DNA of 64,000 bases, from positions 1,302,001 to 1,366,000 of the forward strand of contig JAMWBK010000004.1 in the NCBI GenBank assembly GCA_029953675.1, read 5' to 3'. A program made the translations under genes and the position numbers. The DNA comes from Rhodosorus marinus CCMP1338 (taxonomy: Eukaryota; Plantae; Rhodophyta). This document shows positions 49,263-62,865 of this stretch, in pieces. How positions within the stretch are numbered: the stretch's first letter is position 1; every line of letters begins with the position of its first letter. Below the pieces are notes generated by a model, which worked only from the letters and a program-made list of their open reading frames with translations, was not told the origin of the DNA and ran no database searches.

Positions 49263-52200
49263 CCTGAGCCCCTAAACACAAAATCTAAAAAAAATTAATC
49301 CTTTCCAATTAGTGCACCCGACCCCACCTCCCCGCTGATCCTAACCCAGTTAACAAATCGCCCTCCCGGTTCACAGAGCACTACTGCTAAACACTTCCAC
49401 CAGAGCCAACCCTCCCTACTCACTCAAAACCCCAACAGAAAAAGCAAGAAAAAAAAATACACACAACAAACCCAACTAAAACTCGCTTGAGCAAGTAACC
49501 CGCCTTTCCAACGACGCCCATGGGTTCAGTTCAACAACCGTCAAAAGAAAACACCATTTCCCACCTTTTCTTTATAACCCCCGTCCCAATCTATGACCAG
49601 TTGAGACACCCCCACCAAGCGACAAAAGAATAGTGCCTTTCCGAAGATTTCTTCAGTAGTCTTTCATAATTTTCCGATTTTTTGAGAATATATCATCTCT
49701 CCCTCACCCCACCCCCACCGCTACACCAACCGCTTCCCCCTCCTCCTTCCCCTCCATTTTGTTAGGTGCAAATATATCAGATGTTTTTCGAACCTTCTCG
49801 GTAAGTCTTAAGAAAAAAAACAACAAGAGAAGGTGCACGTTCCTCATCCTTGGCGGTGAGTGGACCCATTTTTGACCCCTTTGCTTACTCCGTTCCCGTG
49901 GTGATTATTGAAAATTAAAAATAAATTGGCCATACGCGACCGCTAGCGTTCGATCATTTCTGCCCCTCCTGACACGGCTTAAGAATACTTCAAAAAAAAG
50001 TATCTAAAACAAACAGTAGTGAGGAATGTTACCTGCAAGCAAGTCCAAAACGGGCACCCCTCCCTGGACCAGTAAAACACAAATTAATGTCTCTAATATT
50101 TCTTAAATTCACATTTTTAAGCTCGAACCGATCTAGTCCTCCCCCCTTTCCATTTCTTGCTCTTCCATCGTTTCTACTGTCATCTTTTCGTAAAAACCTG
50201 CAAAGGTTGTATATGGAGATGTAGGAATGTTAAAAATTTCCAGGGCGAAATTTGCACGGACAGGCTGATTGGATTTCTGTTGTTCTATCGTAAATATCTG
50301 TGTCTAGCTGTCCCGAGGGGAAGGAAAAGTTCTTTCAAAACATATATATCCTTATCGTATAAAGTATATACTGTACATGCATCGTTCGAAAGATCCGCCT
50401 TCGTTGTTCTCAGGTCGTCATCATGACGTAGTACCGGAGTCCCACTCAAATACAGACCCACGAGCTGTGTACAAACCTCTTCATTGGTAACGACCGTTGC
50501 CCACGCTGGACATCTGGGCTTGAAGTGGAGCAACTATTTGTCTCTTTGCTCACGTTGTTGAAGGGGAAGCGAGTACAGAGAGTAAAAATCGCCTGTGGTG
50601 CGCTGTGACATCAACCCGACTCTGCGAACATCGGTACGCACGAGCTGACTTGATAGAATAGGATCGTAGGAGGTAGTGGCTTGTATGCCTTGTAGGAATT
50701 CTCAACAGGAGATACGCAAAACTTTCAACGCGGTCGAAACCCTTTGTGAATCCCTCTTGGGTGAGCGCACATGGACATTTAGTTCCACGAGTATACGCCC
50801 GGATGGAACTTCCACGCACTGCAGTCAAAGCATGGGCCCCCCTGTGAAATGCAATTTTCTATCCAACTCAACCAGATCCTAACAGCAGCACACTGTCCAA
50901 GGACTTTTGCGTCATGAAGGATACACGGCACGAGGGATCCCCAATTTTTAACACGAATGCTCGGAGAGCATGCTCGCAAATTGCCGAAGCCCACAAGCAG
51001 AGATCGCTTTCAGCCAAAACCACATGTAGTCGTAAAACTTGAAGACAAACTCACTCAGCACAGGACCACGAATATCGGTTCTGCAGATATTTTGGATCGG
51101 AAACAATTCCGTTACGCTGAGCGAAAATTGCGATTAAAACGACTGTCCACTCAGTTCCCGGTGATTGACAATGCTCCCAATCCACCACCAGCCAAGCTCC
51201 CGTGGATTGATTGTTGTTGTTCTCAAATCTCAAGTATTTGATATTATTTTTCGTTCGTTGATATCGGTTGCCATAGTTCACCCCCCGGAGAAAAACTCGA
51301 ACGGGCCGGCAGGGGGGAGGCGGGGGTGGGTAACGGGGGGGTGGTGAAGATCTGATATCGAGAATTAATAGACAGATGTAGGAAAAGATGCAAACTGCGT
51401 AACGAGACTACCCCCTATAGAAACGCGTGAAACTTGCGATGTGGTTACTTCTTCACATCCCCCCAAATTTATTTTGTGATACCAAGAAAACTAGCAGATT
51501 TTTCACACTTCTCATAACCTGTTGAATTTAGAGACAATCGCAAGGGGTGGTTGAGAGTTTTTCGCTGCATTCCTGACAGTCTAGCATACCCCCACCCAAA
51601 CCCCCCCTTTTCTAATCGCCTTCGCTCATTGGGACTAAAAGGGGCGGGACGACAACCGCCGCCAAAATAGGAACCATCGTTTTTATTCCACAACTTATAC
51701 ATCAGGCCTGCCTGCATATCCCGAACACCCCCCCCCCCCCCCCCCCCCATTCTGCGCTACTGTCGGTCATCGATACTTCGAAGCAGAAGCATAGTTTTAG
51801 GCTCAGCGTCATGATAAGTAACCAGATTACCAAAAACAGTTCCGAAAAACTGCCACTTTCAACCAGGCATGCCCGCGTTCAGAGTACCACAGTCGCGCAA
51901 CACTTCTTGTCAGAAGCAGAGAGATCCCCTTTAATATTTACAATTAAAAAGATAAAATAGATCTGCAAGTGTACAAGCGGGGGGTTAAAAGTCGGAATTC
52001 TGTTTCCAGTTACTTCGAGTATTGAAATTCAGAAAGGGGTTAGTTCCACTTTTTTTAATTTCGAGTTTGAAAATGAGCATCGAACTGGAACTCTGGAATT
52101 CCAGCGGCCTTTTCTTGGCTGAGTGGTTTATTAGATCTGAGAAGGTACCCGCGCTTTCCCTCTAAAAATAAAAAAGCACTTCCTGCGATGCGCCCAGCAA

Positions 52201-53373
52201 GCTATTGATTTCCGGGTTTTTGAGGGTGCAGACGTTTGGAGAAGCAGAGGGGGGCGTTGAGGAGATCAATTGCGCAAGGGTCAAGAATAACTTAACTTAC
52301 CAACGAACGAATTATGTCAAGGAACTAAAGGGGGAAAAGAAGAACTGACTGATGAACTTTCATAGTCTTTAATCCATTTTTAAGCGTATTAGAGAGAAGC
52401 AATAGTGAGCAGAGGGGTAGGATACTAGAATTCAGACCTCGGAAAAGGAAACAAGGGCTAGGGGGGTTGATGAGGGATGAGAAAAAGCGTTGGAACAAGT
52501 AGCGTCTTCCGGAGTTTTGGGTTTTGGGGTTTGCGTAGCTTTGTTGATGTTTGTTCTTTTTTAGGATTGGAGAGAAGGTTTGTATGCGTGAAGGATGAGA
52601 CGCTAGTAGCGCTTTTAATTTGAATCCTTGAAGGAGGACGTGTAGAAGGCGGAAGGGGGGGAGGTTGCACAAGAATTTCGGGTGGGTGGTAATTTTTTTT
52701 TTGCCTTTAGTTTGTTGTTTGGGTTGGGGAAGTGGATTACTGTTGGGGAAACCTCTGAGCGTTTTGGGGGGGAAGGTTGTCGTGTTTTGTGTTTCAATCT
52801 TCCTTGGTGTTTTGCGCTCTCGTACGGTTCGGGATTGTGTTGGACGCGGAGGAGGGAGAGCGGACACAACGGAGTTGCGGGAAGAAAGGGTTTAGGGAGT
52901 GAAGTTCGTCGGCAAGGTAAATTTTGCTTTTCCTTTGAGGAGTTGGGAACGAGCGGAGGACGAATCGAAGTTTTGTGGGCAGAATCTTAGGGTAAGTTGA
53001 GTTTGGAAAAGGAAATTTTCGGTGGTTTCCTTCGTGTGGTTTTCATGTCTTGTGCCCGATCATGGGAAAGATCTGGGTGGAGATCGGTTTATGCTTGCCT
53101 TGACTCAGGTAGTTATTATCCGAGTTGGAGTGGATGCGTTTTCGCTTGTTTTGCTTTGGGCTTGACGCTACTCAATTTGTGGCGTTGCTAGATTAGCTGT
53201 TTTTGAGGGCCTTCGGTTGGATCGCTTTTAGTCGATGTTTGATCTTGCCCTGTAAACGGAGATCGCACTGGACGGAGGTTTCTCTATGTAGACTTTTGTC
53301 TTATCGTGAGCTGTGCTGATCGGATTGATTCGTTTGTGTTCTTTTGGAATTGTTTTGTATATAGTGTATGGAA

Positions 53374-54501
<1,128 letters not shown>

Positions 54502-55301
54502 AGCAGTGATACGAAAGAAAAAACCAAAAGCCGGAGAGAAAAGGTCGATGCTTGAAGAGGATGTTAGATTTTTTTTTGCGCCTCAGACTTTCAAGGAGGA
54601 GACTACAGCCCCTTGCGAGATCCTCTGAAGACAGCCTGAAGATAAATCAAATTAGCACGTACGAAAAGTGACAAAGAAAATTAAGAAGCGCTCTCCCTTA
54701 AGTCCTAGAATATCGATAGGTTGGCCCATGAAAACAACGCTCTCCTGAATACTCGGAACTCGGAATCCGCAGAATCCTCTCCGATCCTCGACAAGGATGT
54801 ATCTATGGGTACGTAGCCAGCCGGGCATCTGTAGACAAACAAAGACGGATGACGCAAGATATCTACGTTGAGTAGTCCTGACGAAGTTGCTCGGAATCGA
54901 CAACCTCTCTTGGATATACTCCATTGCCCCCAAACCGAGTCTCCACCGATGTGTACTACTAGTACGAACACATGTGGACATTTATCCGTGGACAAAATAG
55001 GTGACGTAACCAGATCTATCCTTAGGAAGCTAGTCGGAATCACGAGCAGTTCGTCTTCACCAGTTTATCCACGGAAACTCAACTTTTCACCGACCGTTGG
55101 GATCCACCGCTATTCGTTTTGCCACCGAAAAGGACGACTCGACGTCCACGCACATATAGATGAATTCTTGATCAACGGGAACGCGAGCGCTGTGCATTAG
55201 CAGTCTTGTAGTTGGTCTGGAAAGTCACTTCGTTCGTGTGTTGGTTTTGAAGTTGTGTCGGACGGAGGAACTTTGGGGAAGGCTTGAGAAGATTTCTAGG
55301 T

Positions 55302-55982
55302 ATGGTTAACATTCGTCTCGCAAATGTAAGTAAAACAACGCCACACTTGTAGGAGATGATTTTGTACGGGCAACGATCGGATGTAGCTGATGGAGTTCGC
55401 TTGTTTTGTATGGCTTTTTCTGCGTGTTAGGCCGATGACCTTCTGGCGATGCAGACGGTGAATCTGTCCTGCCTGCCCGAAAATTACCAGATGAAATACT
55501 ATTTCTATCACGTACTATCATGGCCGCAGTTGATCCACGTCGCGGAGGACCACAACGGGCAAATCGTGGGCTACGTGTTAGCAAAAATGGAGGACGAAGC
55601 CGACGCGGTTCACGGACATATCACGTCGCTCGCGGTTCTAAGATCCTACCGACGAATGGGAATCGCGCGAAAACTGATGGAAGCTGCTCATCGAGCAATG
55701 CAAGAAACGTTCCAGGCAAAATATGCTTCTCTTCACGTTCGGAAAAGTAACGCGGCTGCAAAGCACCTTTATGTTGATACACTCGGCTACAAGGTTTGCA
55801 TCAAGTCCCAAGAGCATCTCTCATTGCATATCGATTAGTCCGAATACTCATGATCTAACCGCTCTTGAACGCTGACAAACAAAAACCAGGTTTTCGACGT
55901 AGAAGCAAAGTACTACGCAGACGCCGAGGACGCTTTTGACATGAGATGCACCTTCGGACAAGAGAAGACTGCCGCAAAGTAG
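55302..55982 (+). CDS. NAA10: N-alpha-acetyltransferase 10 (ARD1), 3 exons (about 55302-55325, 55431-55793, 55890-55982)
   Basis: [55 protein letters not shown]. Confidence 0.95.
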
Positions 55983-57504
55983 GATTTCTTAACAATAGAG
56001 GAGCAAAACAATTTTGAAGGCCGTCAGAGCCCAGAGCTCATTCTTCTCGGGAGAGGTTTGCAACTAGACGAGAGGGGGTGCAACCGGCCCACGGTTCAGT
56101 TCTTGAGGAGGGTAGCTGGGCCAGCTTTCTAGCGGATTGCGAATCTTTGCGAGGGTGAAGAGCTTCATAGACCTACACAGGATGTTGAGTTCATTTGAAG
56201 CGCCTCTTTGCTACGTGACAGTGGCACGTGGCTAGACTTGCAAGGTCGTGATAAGACGCTTCTTTCCCCGTCAATAGTCGTCTTCTCGTATTTGAGTAAA
56301 GCATTGAAGCACTCCCAGTGCAGCGAGACGTTGCTGGTGTGCAAGCATGTATAGCGCATCCTTTTTTGATGAAGGTGCTTTGTAGAATTGCGAGCTAGAA
56401 TTCAATTCAAGAACGCTATATGAGATATGGGGTGCGGCTGCTCGGAAGCCAGATTGGAGCACGACAGAGCGAGGCCTTCAGGCATCTTCGTGATCGCTTT
56501 AGTAAGCTGGTTGCCAGAGGCATTGCACGAGCTGTGGGCCAAAGACGAGTTGGTCTTAATGCCCAAGCATTTGGGAACTTAGCGCCTATCATCTCACATA
56601 GCACAAGGGGTGCTGCTCCTTGGTGAACGGTGGTGAAGTAACCCGTGCTACTGGTTTTGCCCTACACTCAGCCCCTGTTCTGCTTGGTGTTGTGAGAATG
56701 ACGAGGTGTGAAAGAGCATTTCAAGAATTCGCCCTCAAACAAGGCGGTTCTCAGATCCTTGTCCGAAGCGGTTTTTGGTCACCTCATCGGGTTAGATCGA
56801 GTCGCTCGGAGGGCTCACGATGAACTCCAATTTTCGGACGGTGACAATAGCTTTTCTCATATCCGGTGGTGTCCATGGAAAATCGACGGATCAACTAGCT
56901 TTCGCACGAAACAGACACACACACATTGTTGATCTCAGCGATCTTCGCGTCGTGCATGAGCTCATACAGCTCTTTCGGTTGAAAATTGTCTACGTCTAAA
57001 ATCCAGTCATGGTCAGGAAAATTATCCTTCAACCCTTCTATCTGAAAACCAACATCGTTTGATCGGAGGCCAAAAAAGGGGCGTGTACCCGAATGTTTGG
57101 TACGCCGAGGGAAGGCGCTCAGGTCAGAGCGTGCTACAAAACCTAATTCAGCGTTACAGCCCCAGAAAATCAGAATTATCATCTTTAGCATCTACGCCTT
57201 TCATCGAAAGAACAACGCCAAATGCATACATTCCTCGTTCACGTACCGTCTCCTTCCCCCTCCTGTACAAACAACGACGCCCTTCGTCTACCTATTTAAT
57301 CAATATATGCAGTATAATGACTGAAATCCGTTAATCGTTGATCTGTGAGTAAATTTGAATATCTCTTAATAATATCTTTTCGGTGATTAATTGTTACTCC
57401 TGACCATGCTCACCTTTTCTTTTTTTTTCATTTTGGTTTATGAAAGGATTCTCAATTTTGTTTGCATCAGGGATTGTTTTTCCTCATCGTATTGCCTCTG
57501 TGTC

Positions 57505-57617
57505 TCTGACACTCTGTCGGGGGTTCTATGATGCGGGCTTTGTTGGTAGGTCGTGAATCGTCATGCCTCTCTTTTACGCGCCTCCTCAGGGTAGTATAGG
57601 CTCTGAAGTAAACGATT
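57505..57617 (+). mobile_element. Old solo 3'-terminal relic of the CRE-like element
   Basis: ctcagggtagtataggctctgaagtaaacgat matches the array terminus ctcagggtagttaggctctgaataaacgat; weaker upstream similarity (gctttgttggt, cgtcat). Confidence 0.65.
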
Positions 57618-58180
57618 GTGTTGGCAAATTCGATCCGTCAAGATGAACCACCCACCCCCCTCGGAAAGACTTTTATACCCGGGATGATGGGATGGTAGGC
57701 CTGGGAAGGTTTTTGGCTTTTAAAAACTTCGGTTTTCATCTGTACAGACTACGAGTATCTGATGTCTAGAGGGAGGGGAGGGGGGGGAGGGGGGGGAAGG
57801 GTAAGTTGTAAATTCTGTATTTGGAGCTGGAATTGGGAAAACAGCGTCCCTGATTGTCCCAGAAGGCATTCGCGGTGAGGGGTCTCTCCTATGCTTGGCA
57901 AAGCCAATTAGAACCGATTCTACGCCTTGGCAATCGTGTTGATGTTCCGGTGCAAGGGGGGGCAACCGCCAATATTTCATCCACACTCTCTTCAGCATGG
58001 TTTGGCACTATAGGAATAGAACAGATCTGTTCGTGTGATAATTGAACGTGATTGCATTTATTGCGATGTAGTCGGAGTGAAGCCTGTGAGGGGAGAAGGA
58101 CGTGGACGGGTTGGGTGTTTGATTGAATTTTGTGTTTTGACTAGGAGGAGAGCTTTTAGGTATTGGAGAGCGGAGGCAAG

Positions 58181-59104
58181 ATGACGAAAACTAAGGAGTG
58201 GTCGACGGATCAGATTGAGGACCAATCTGGAAAAGTGGTAGTTGTGACCGGTGGAAATGCTGGCATGGGTTTTCAGATGGTGAAAGCCCTTGCTTTGAAA
58301 AATGCTCACGTCATAATCGCGTCGAGATCTGAAGAGAAGGGCCTCGCTGCGGTGGCAGAAATTCTAAAGCTGATGCCGGACGCGAAAGTGGATTTCATGA
58401 AGGTGGACCTTTCCAGTTCCAAGTCAATCAAGGAGTTTGTGTCCGCATATCAAGCGAAGAAGCTACCGCTGCACCTGCTCATCAACAATGCCGGGGTAGC
58501 CGACACTCCACACTCTAAAACTGTGGATGGATACGAAATTACGATTGGCGTCAATCACTTTGGACCTTTTCTCCTGACTGTACTGCTGTTGGACACCTTG
58601 AAGAAGTCCGCGCCAGCTCGAGTCGTCACGTTGTCCTCTATCTCCGCAGGGGACGTTAAAGACCTGCACCTCGACGACTTTACCGCTTTTGCAAAGTCTG
58701 ACATTACGAATTACGACACTTACGGAGTTTCCAAAATGTATAATCTTCTGTTCTCGGTGCACTTGGACAAGGTACTGGAGGGTACTGGAGTGCACTCGTT
58801 TTCCGTACATCCCGGGTTCGTGAAGACAGACATGATGGGTAAGATGGAGACGAGCATGAGCTCGATAATGAAAAGGATATTGGTCAAGTTTGTTGGCCAA
58901 AGCCCGGAAAAGGGTGCCACATCCGCATTGTATTGCGGTACTACTGCTGAAGTTATTGAGAAGGGCGCAAACTATCTATACGGATCGAACAAGTATCTTC
59001 AGGGAAACACCACCCCAAACGAACTATCCGGCATTTCCCCGCTCATTACTCCTGAAAACATGGAGAAGCTTTGGGACAAGACCAAGGAAGAAGTTGGTGT
59101 GTAA
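58181..59104 (+). CDS. Short-chain dehydrogenase/reductase (RDH12/WWOX/Tic32-like), intronless
   Basis: VTGGNAGMG, LLINNAG, GVNHFG, YGVSK, VHPG. Confidence 0.92.
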   Translation: MTKTKEWSTDQIEDQSGKVVVVTGGNAGMGFQMVKALALKNAHVIIASRSEEKGLAAVAEILKLMPDAKVDFMKVDLSSSKSIKEFVSAYQAKKLPLHLLINNAGVADTPHSKTVDGYEITIGVNHFGPFLLTVLLLDTLKKSAPARVVTLSSISAGDVKDLHLDDFTAFAKSDITNYDTYGVSKMYNLLFSVHLDKVLEGTGVHSFSVHPGFVKTDMMGKMETSMSSIMKRILVKFVGQSPEKGATSALYCGTTAEVIEKGANYLYGSNKYLQGNTTPNELSGISPLITPENMEKLWDKTKEEVGV

Positions 59105-61015
59105 TCCTCGTGAAACTACAGCCTGGCAGTTTTTCATTGTGTATCGCATTAGTACCATCGATATGGCTCCTTCTCGAATGTCTGAGGGTACCCCCCTCTT
59201 GCCGCTTCGCTCGGTAGTAGTCAGTAAAGGTCAGGTAGCGTTCGAAATGCTCAGAGGCATAGTTTTCAGATTGCTCCAGGGAGTACCCATTGCTTTTGCC
59301 GGGCGGACTCGACTCGACGCGTTGACGTTGACCCCGGCTGGTTATCGACGCCCAAACGCCCAAACGCCCAAACTGCGTCTCAGGGGCAGTGATTTCTAGC
59401 CAGACAGTAGTATACAAGCTCGATCGGAGCGCTTTAGGACACATTTCAACTTTCGGGGACTCTCTCTATCCACAATCAGATTCCTTTAAATCGCTTCCGA
59501 GTACAACCGTAGTCAAAGTGTACTCAGGCTAGAACGTCCGAGTATGAGGTCTGAAACAGTCCCACGGGGGGCCCTCCCGCTCCGACTCGGGTTAGCACAA
59601 CACGTGGTGATATATTTCACTTAGAGATTGACCTTAACCCAAAATAAAAGTTTGATAAAGTTACATAGTGAACAGCTGCCAAACCTAGCGGTACAGCGGC
59701 TCCGTGTTCGACAGGTGCTGACACCACCTAGTCCAAATTTGATTCAATCGATTTCTCGCTGTTTTTTTGTATGTCGATTTTTCTTTTTTAATTCAGCTAT
59801 GTATTTCTTATTTTGGCTGGTCCTCAAAGCACCTATGAATCTATTGTTGGTGGGTTCATTCTTACTCTAGAATCACATGAGACAAGATTTAGGTACAGAT
59901 ACCTTAATATCTTAATTATGTAGTTTTTTGTTTGTTTTTGCTCGCGTTTGTCCCAACTATTTATGGGACGGGACATTTTATATTGCTTTTCTATATGAAC
60001 TTAGATGATCGGACGGAACTCCTTGCAGAATACATTTTCTAATATTTCCAAATTCAGGTCCGATTTCATCAAACGCAGTGGGCGATTTTTTTATCGGACG
60101 GAGATGATGACACCCGTAAAATAATCCATGATTTATAACAGACAACATAAAGAAGCACAGATTTGGATGCTTAATATCTGATTAACTTGTTTAAATATTT
60201 ATTTATGGAATATTTTGTAATCTGTGATTACGGCAATGAGATCTTAATTATGTAGTTTTTGCTCACTTTTTGTCATGGACACCTAACTTTAGCTATTTGG
60301 TGTTCCATCGCTTTACATCTTATTGCGGAGGTTCTAAAATTGGTGCACCGGACAAGCAGAGCTTCGTCAGGTAGGGTGCGGAGCAGGCTCCCTGATGGCT
60401 CCTTTGAGGCGAGCTATCGCTCCTTTGGGGTCAGTCGGACGAGCCACTGGTCCCTTTTATTTTCTTTTTTATCGTGGCTAGAGACCCCGGGGTAGCGGGA
60501 TCAAAACGCAAACCCTTTCCCTAGATAGTGAAAGAATTGGTGTTTTGTGCTGGAGTAGGCAGATGCTCAATAAATTTACAGTTACGCACGGACGCAAAGG
60601 CGAGCTATCGCTCCTTTGAGGTTCCGTTGAGCTATGGCTCCTTTGAGGCGAGCTAGTGGCCCGTTGAGTAGCTTTGGTCGCACATCGCATTGTAGAGTTT
60701 GGAAACCGCATAGCTGTTGTAGTCTGTAGTGTCCGACTAGAGGTTAGGATTGGTTGGGGGGGGGCGGGGGGGGTGGGAGGGGGTGGGAGGATTTGCTTGT
60801 TGGTTTAACCGTCACTATGAAATCAGAATATCTTTTCGCGTAGGACTAAGTGGCCGATGGAAAGGCCAGACTCGGAATTCGTTCTTCAGCGCAGCTCGTA
60901 TATTGTTGAGACAAGAGGTTTGCCGAGTGTGTAGTAAAGCTGCTAGCTGTATATCTCTTTCGTGAGAGTAGTTGTGAGTAGTTTAAGGAAGGAGGACATT
61001 GGTGGTTTTGCAAGT

Positions 61016-61942
61016 ATGGCAGGAAAACAATGGACAATAGAGAGTATGGAGGACCAATCTGGACGAGTTGCGATTGTAACAGGTGGGAATTGCGGGGTTG
61101 GTTTCGAGATGGTGAAAGTACTGGCGTTGAAGAACGCTCATGTCATTATTGCGTCAAGATCGGAGGAGAAGGGCCTTGCGTCGGCGAAGAACATAAAACA
61201 GGTCAAGGTGGATGCGAACGTGGAGTTCATGGAACTGGACCTCGCGAGCTCCGTATCCATCCGGCAGTTTGTGTTGGCGTTCAAGGCGAAGAATTTGCCA
61301 CTGCATCTGCTGATCAACAACGCCGGGGTGTATGTGACCTCTCCCTCGAAGACTGAAGATGGATACGAAGTGACACTGGGTGTCAATCACTTCGGAACCT
61401 ACCTGTTGACTGTGCTGCTGCTGGACACCCTAAAGGCGTCCGCGCCAGCCCGAATTGTCACTCAGTCCTCAGTGTCCATGAAGGATGCACTAGACCTACA
61501 CCTTGAGGACTTTGATGCTTTCTCAAAGTCGGACACTACAGACTACAACAGCTATGCGGTTTCCAAACTCTACAATGCGATGTTTGCCCTGCACTTGGAC
61601 AAGCTGTTGGAGGGCACTGGAGTCCGGTCATTTGCTGTCCATCCCGGAAGTTTCATCAAGACTGAAATTTTTAACAAGATGAAGCTATCGCTTTTCAAGC
61701 TTTTTATTACGTGGTTCGTGCTCCCATTCAAGGGAATGTGCGTAGAGGACTCTGGCATTTCCGGTCTTTACTGCGCCACGTCTCCTGAGGTCCTGGGGTT
61801 GGACTCAGGCTACTTCTTCGGACCGGACGAGAAGAACAATGGCTTTACTGACAAGAGGCAAGTTGGAACTTGGAACGACGGCGTTACTGATAAGAACAGC
61901 CAAATTCTCTGGAACAAGACCAAGGAACTTGTAGGCGATTGA
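61016..61942 (+). CDS. Short-chain dehydrogenase/reductase, tandem paralog of 58181-59104
   Basis: VTGGNCGVG, LLINNAG, GVNHFG, YAVSK, VHPG; collinear with the upstream copy. Confidence 0.92.
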   Translation: MAGKQWTIESMEDQSGRVAIVTGGNCGVGFEMVKVLALKNAHVIIASRSEEKGLASAKNIKQVKVDANVEFMELDLASSVSIRQFVLAFKAKNLPLHLLINNAGVYVTSPSKTEDGYEVTLGVNHFGTYLLTVLLLDTLKASAPARIVTQSSVSMKDALDLHLEDFDAFSKSDTTDYNSYAVSKLYNAMFALHLDKLLEGTGVRSFAVHPGSFIKTEIFNKMKLSLFKLFITWFVLPFKGMCVEDSGISGLYCATSPEVLGLDSGYFFGPDEKNNGFTDKRQVGTWNDGVTDKNSQILWNKTKELVGD

Positions 61943-62865
61943 TTTCCACAGATTCGAGTGCACATAGAAATAAAATGCAATGATACCGTTTTAGCGTTGT
62001 TTTTGCGAACGTCCTTCTCTTCGAGGGATCCACAATCGCTCTCGTCCTGCTCTGTCCACATGTGTGTCAGAGCCGGAGAAAAACACCAATGGCCGCCTTT
62101 CGGAATCCTGCGAAATAGTTGCTTCCGCGTTAGAAGGTAGATCAGATCAACCTTGGATTCGGGGCGATGTCCACCCCCTTCTGTCCCAATTTCCCATTTT
62201 CATCTCCCTTTTTTTGACCGTTTTGAAGGAATCAAAAAGAAAAACCATTTCCTGATGACACAGCTTCAGGGTTGCTCTCCCACACCTTAACCAAAAAAAA
62301 AACCGCGAAAAATTCCCACCATTTTGGAGGAACTGAAGTTCTCGACCGTCATTTTTCGTGGATGCAAAAACGCGTTCGTTTTCTGCGCACGAAAAATGAC
62401 AATTCGTAAAGTAAACGGCCCCTCTTTCCCCCTCCCCGTTTTTTAAAGCTTCAGGGTGAGAGGGGATTTTTTTCTTGATGACCATTTTTGGAGGAAGAGG
62501 TCCTTTTCTTTTCCTCCTGGGGAAGAGTGAGTTTCGAAGGGGATATAAGGTGGGAAGGAGATCCAGAGGTGGTTTGGTGAGGGGGGAAAGGAAGGTGCGC
62601 TGGATTGGATGGAGAGGATGAGACCTCTCCTTCTTCTGTTTTTTTTGGGGGTTTCCTAAGAACAGGAATAGTTTCAAATTTAAAGGTTTGGTTTTAAAGG
62701 GGAGTTACGATGAGGAAACCCAAAAAAAATTGGGGGGTAGTTAGAGGAGGTTTTGGTAGAAGTTGAAGGAGGGTTTGACAAATGGAGGATGTATCGATGA
62801 GAAGAGGTTAGGATTGGTTGGGGGGGGTGGGGGGATTTGCTTGTTGTTTATAGGATTAGAATAGT

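Noticed and set aside
51727-51750. Poly-C tract and other G/C runs in intergenic DNA (31639, 57775, 60755)
   Set aside because: Simple homopolymers; possible G4 motifs but nothing specific can be supported.
54650-57300. Short ORFs flanking NAA10 (54868-55200, 56420-56932, 56895-57191)
   Set aside because: Some look exon-like but no domain was recognised and the strand is ambiguous.
59230-59400. Faint similarity to element C-terminus (LRGIVFR..RLDALTLT; ctcaggggcagtga)
   Set aside because: Too short and degenerate to distinguish from chance.
59498-59610. Small hairpins suggesting a hammerhead or HDV-like ribozyme
   Set aside because: No CUGAUGA/GAAA core in proper context and no HDV nested pseudoknot could be built.
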